A stretch of 34,299 nt of DNA, from NCBI GenBank assembly GCA_964566525.1, contig CAZMIQ010000001.1, positions 1 to 34,299 on the forward strand. Direction: 5' to 3'. Shown piece by piece: positions 32,871-34,299 of this stretch. The DNA comes from an uncultured Pseudomonadales bacterium. GTDB lineage: Bacteria; Patescibacteriota; Microgenomatia; UBA1400; PJMF01. Position numbers and translations under genes: made by a program. Each line of letters starts with the position of its first letter. The stretch's first letter is position 1. The notes beneath the pieces are model-generated. The model saw only the letters and a list, made by a program, of their open reading frames with translations, had not been told where the DNA came from and made no database searches.

Positions 32871-33917
32871 TTACCACTGCTCAATTCTTTTGACTAGTTC
32901 ATCGTAAAGCTGTGATTCTGGAACGGTAGTGACTACTTCTCCTTTGACGAAAATTATCCCCATGCCATTACCACCAGCAATGCCAATATCAGCTTCTCTA
33001 GCTTCCCCAGGACCATTGACGGCGCAACCCATGACGGCAACTTTAAGTGGCTTTTTGATGGTGGTGAGATATTGCTCAACTTTTTTGGCAATGGGAATCA
33101 TATTCCATTGTGTACGAGAGCAAGTAGGACAGGAAATTAAAATCGGTTCACGACGCAAGTGTAAATGTTTGAGAATTTCTCTGGCAATAATGACCTCTTC
33201 AACATTATCGCCAGTTAATGAGACTCTGATAGTGTTACCAATGCCGTCTAAAAGCAAGCTCCCAATGCCAATACTAGATTTGACTGTACTGCTGAGCTGA
33301 GTGCCGGCTTCGGTCACGCCTAAATGTAATGGATAATCGTATTTTTGAGCGAAAAGGCGATAAGCACTCACCATTAAATCGACGTCGCTGGCTTTGAGAG
33401 AAACAATAATTTGATCAAAATCTAAATCTTCTAAAATTTTAATGTGTTCGCTAGCGCTTTCAACCATGCCTTCGGCAGTGGGATGGCCACCATGACGAGC
33501 TAAAATATCCTTTTGTAAACTGCCAGCATTAACCCCAATGCGAATAGGAACATGATTTTTTTTCGCTTGAGTGACGACCATTTTGACTTTGTCGTGACCA
33601 CCGATATTGCCTGGATTAAGCCTTAACTTATCAATGCCTTGATTAATAGCTTCTAAAGCGAAGCGATAATTAAAATGAATGTCAGCTACTAAAGGGATAT
33701 GAATTTGTTTTTTAATAGCCGAAATATTGCGCACACTCTCTAAGTCCAAAAATCCCAGACGAACAAGGTCACAACCGGCTGCTTCTAAAGCTAGAATTTG
33801 TTCAACGCAAGCCTTAACATCATGAGCATCGGCCTTAACCATCGACTGAATTGTAATTGGAGCGTCGCCGCCAATATATAATTGACCAACTTTAATTTTT
33901 TTAGTTTTTTCCATCAT
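32871..33917 (-). CDS. ispG: 4-hydroxy-3-methylbut-2-en-1-yl diphosphate synthase IspG (GcpE)
   Basis: PITIQSM, RINPGN-like LRLNPGNIG, Fe-S Cys ligands SCPTCSRT and GCAVNGPGEA. Confidence 0.93.
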   Translation of the reverse strand: MMEKTKKIKVGQLYIGGDAPITIQSMVKADAHDVKACVEQILALEAAGCDLVRLGFLDLESVRNISAIKKQIHIPLVADIHFNYRFALEAINQGIDKLRLNPGNIGGHDKVKMVVTQAKKNHVPIRIGVNAGSLQKDILARHGGHPTAEGMVESASEHIKILEDLDFDQIIVSLKASDVDLMVSAYRLFAQKYDYPLHLGVTEAGTQLSSTVKSSIGIGSLLLDGIGNTIRVSLTGDNVEEVIIAREILKHLHLRREPILISCPTCSRTQWNMIPIAKKVEQYLTTIKKPLKVAVMGCAVNGPGEAREADIGIAGGNGMGIIFVKGEVVTTVPESQLYDELVKRIEQW

Positions 33918-34299
33918 TGCTGTCTTTCTGAAAATTTATAATTTGATGTGCATAGGGTAAATCTATTTTAATAGCAGGAGGGAAAATGCCATAGAGAGTG
34001 GGTCCTTTGCCGGTGAAACTGACTCCGAGTGCTCCTGCTTGCAGTAAAATTTGCTGATATTTTTGTAATTGAGGCAATTGTAAGGATGACTGAGTAGCAA
34101 AATCATTATGCAAAAATTTGCCAATGGCGAATAAATCTTGTTTTTTTAGAGCTTGAGCTAAATTAGCCAAATCGTGTGGAGCTGACTGATTTTTCACATA
34201 TTGCTGATAAGCAGTCTTGGTATCAAGTGAAAAAGGCGAATAAATTAGCACGAGCTGACAAGGAGGGAGCGAAGGTAAAACTTCAGTCTCTAAACTGGG
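33901..34299 (-). CDS. ispE: 4-diphosphocytidyl-2-C-methyl-D-erythritol kinase IspE, C-terminal part (gene runs off the right edge)
   Basis: The frame stays open to the window edge (PSLETEVLPSLPPCQLVLIYSPFSLDTKTAY...). C-terminal block HNDFAT...AGALGVSFTGKGPTLYGIF matches the GHMP-kinase motif 3 region. Overlaps the ispG start by 17 nt. Confidence 0.8.
   Translation of the reverse strand, partial: PSLETEVLPSLPPCQLVLIYSPFSLDTKTAYQQYVKNQSAPHDLANLAQALKKQDLFAIGKFLHNDFATQSSLQLPQLQKYQQILLQAGALGVSFTGKGPTLYGIFPPAIKIDLPYAHQIINFQKDSNDGKN

Noticed and set aside
1286-33300. Short ORFs from the six-frame track nested in or antisense to larger genes: 1286..1600, 1317..1541, 4892..5233, 6508..6711, 8212..8445, 8414..8656, 8701..8952, 9161..9394, 10290..10571, 10972..11175, 12511..12714, 16272..16529, 17043..17231, 17268..17504, 17936..18127, 18974..19213, 19282..19506, 21326..21538, 21708..21929, 23444..23635, 27169..27375, 27267..27578, 30754..30975 and 32929..33300.
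   Set aside because: Each lies inside or antisense to a longer ORF that carries clear family motifs. They have low-complexity or implausible composition and no start signals. They are treated as shadow ORFs.
1-34299. Possible alternative genetic code (UGA read as Gly or Trp, as in some CPR lineages and Mollicutes).
   Set aside because: TGA terminates rpmE and prfA at positions consistent with translational coupling and with the conserved RF1 C-terminus. All conserved genes are full-length under the standard code. The sole exception is murG, which is broken by a frameshift rather than by an in-frame TGA.

Overview
AT-rich bacterial chromosome segment with compact, mostly minus-strand genes under the standard code (TGA ends rpmE and prfA). 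The gene content and small divergent proteins suggest a reduced-genome, Patescibacteria/CPR-like organism, but that is a weak inference. The core is a rearranged division/cell-wall (dcw) cluster read on the minus strand: ybeY-LCP-murA-mraY-ftsW-murG(frameshifted)-ftsQ-like, then a glycine-rich surface protein plus a transposase fragment, then ftsA-ftsZ, then an MboI/DpnII-type M-R-M restriction-modification cassette, then mraZ-rsmH-ftsL-ftsI. Flanking genes are uvrC (partial), mltG, an exported CPHC thioredoxin-fold protein, an FNR-like oxidoreductase, tRNA-Val(CAC), rpmE, prfA, a DUF192 gene, recF, a TM2/DUF2752 pair, tgt, murB, several small accessory genes, ispG and ispE (partial). The observations most worth follow-up are listed here. 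(1) A promoter-to-terminator GC-rich candidate small RNA sits between ftsZ and the RM cassette. (2) A TATAAT-type -10 box lies 6-10 nt upstream of the ATG at nine genes, seven of them in the extended TGnTATAAT form, which implies leaderless mRNAs. (3) The AT-rich RM cassette and the glycine-rich/IS-fragment insertion both interrupt the dcw cluster. (4) murG is split by a single-base frameshift. (5) MurA carries Asp at the fosfomycin-target Cys position. (6) The mraZ promoter carries an operator-like palindrome and GTGGTAA repeats. (7) uvrC overlaps its upstream gene by 155 nt. No CRISPR array, rRNA gene or intact mobile element was seen.
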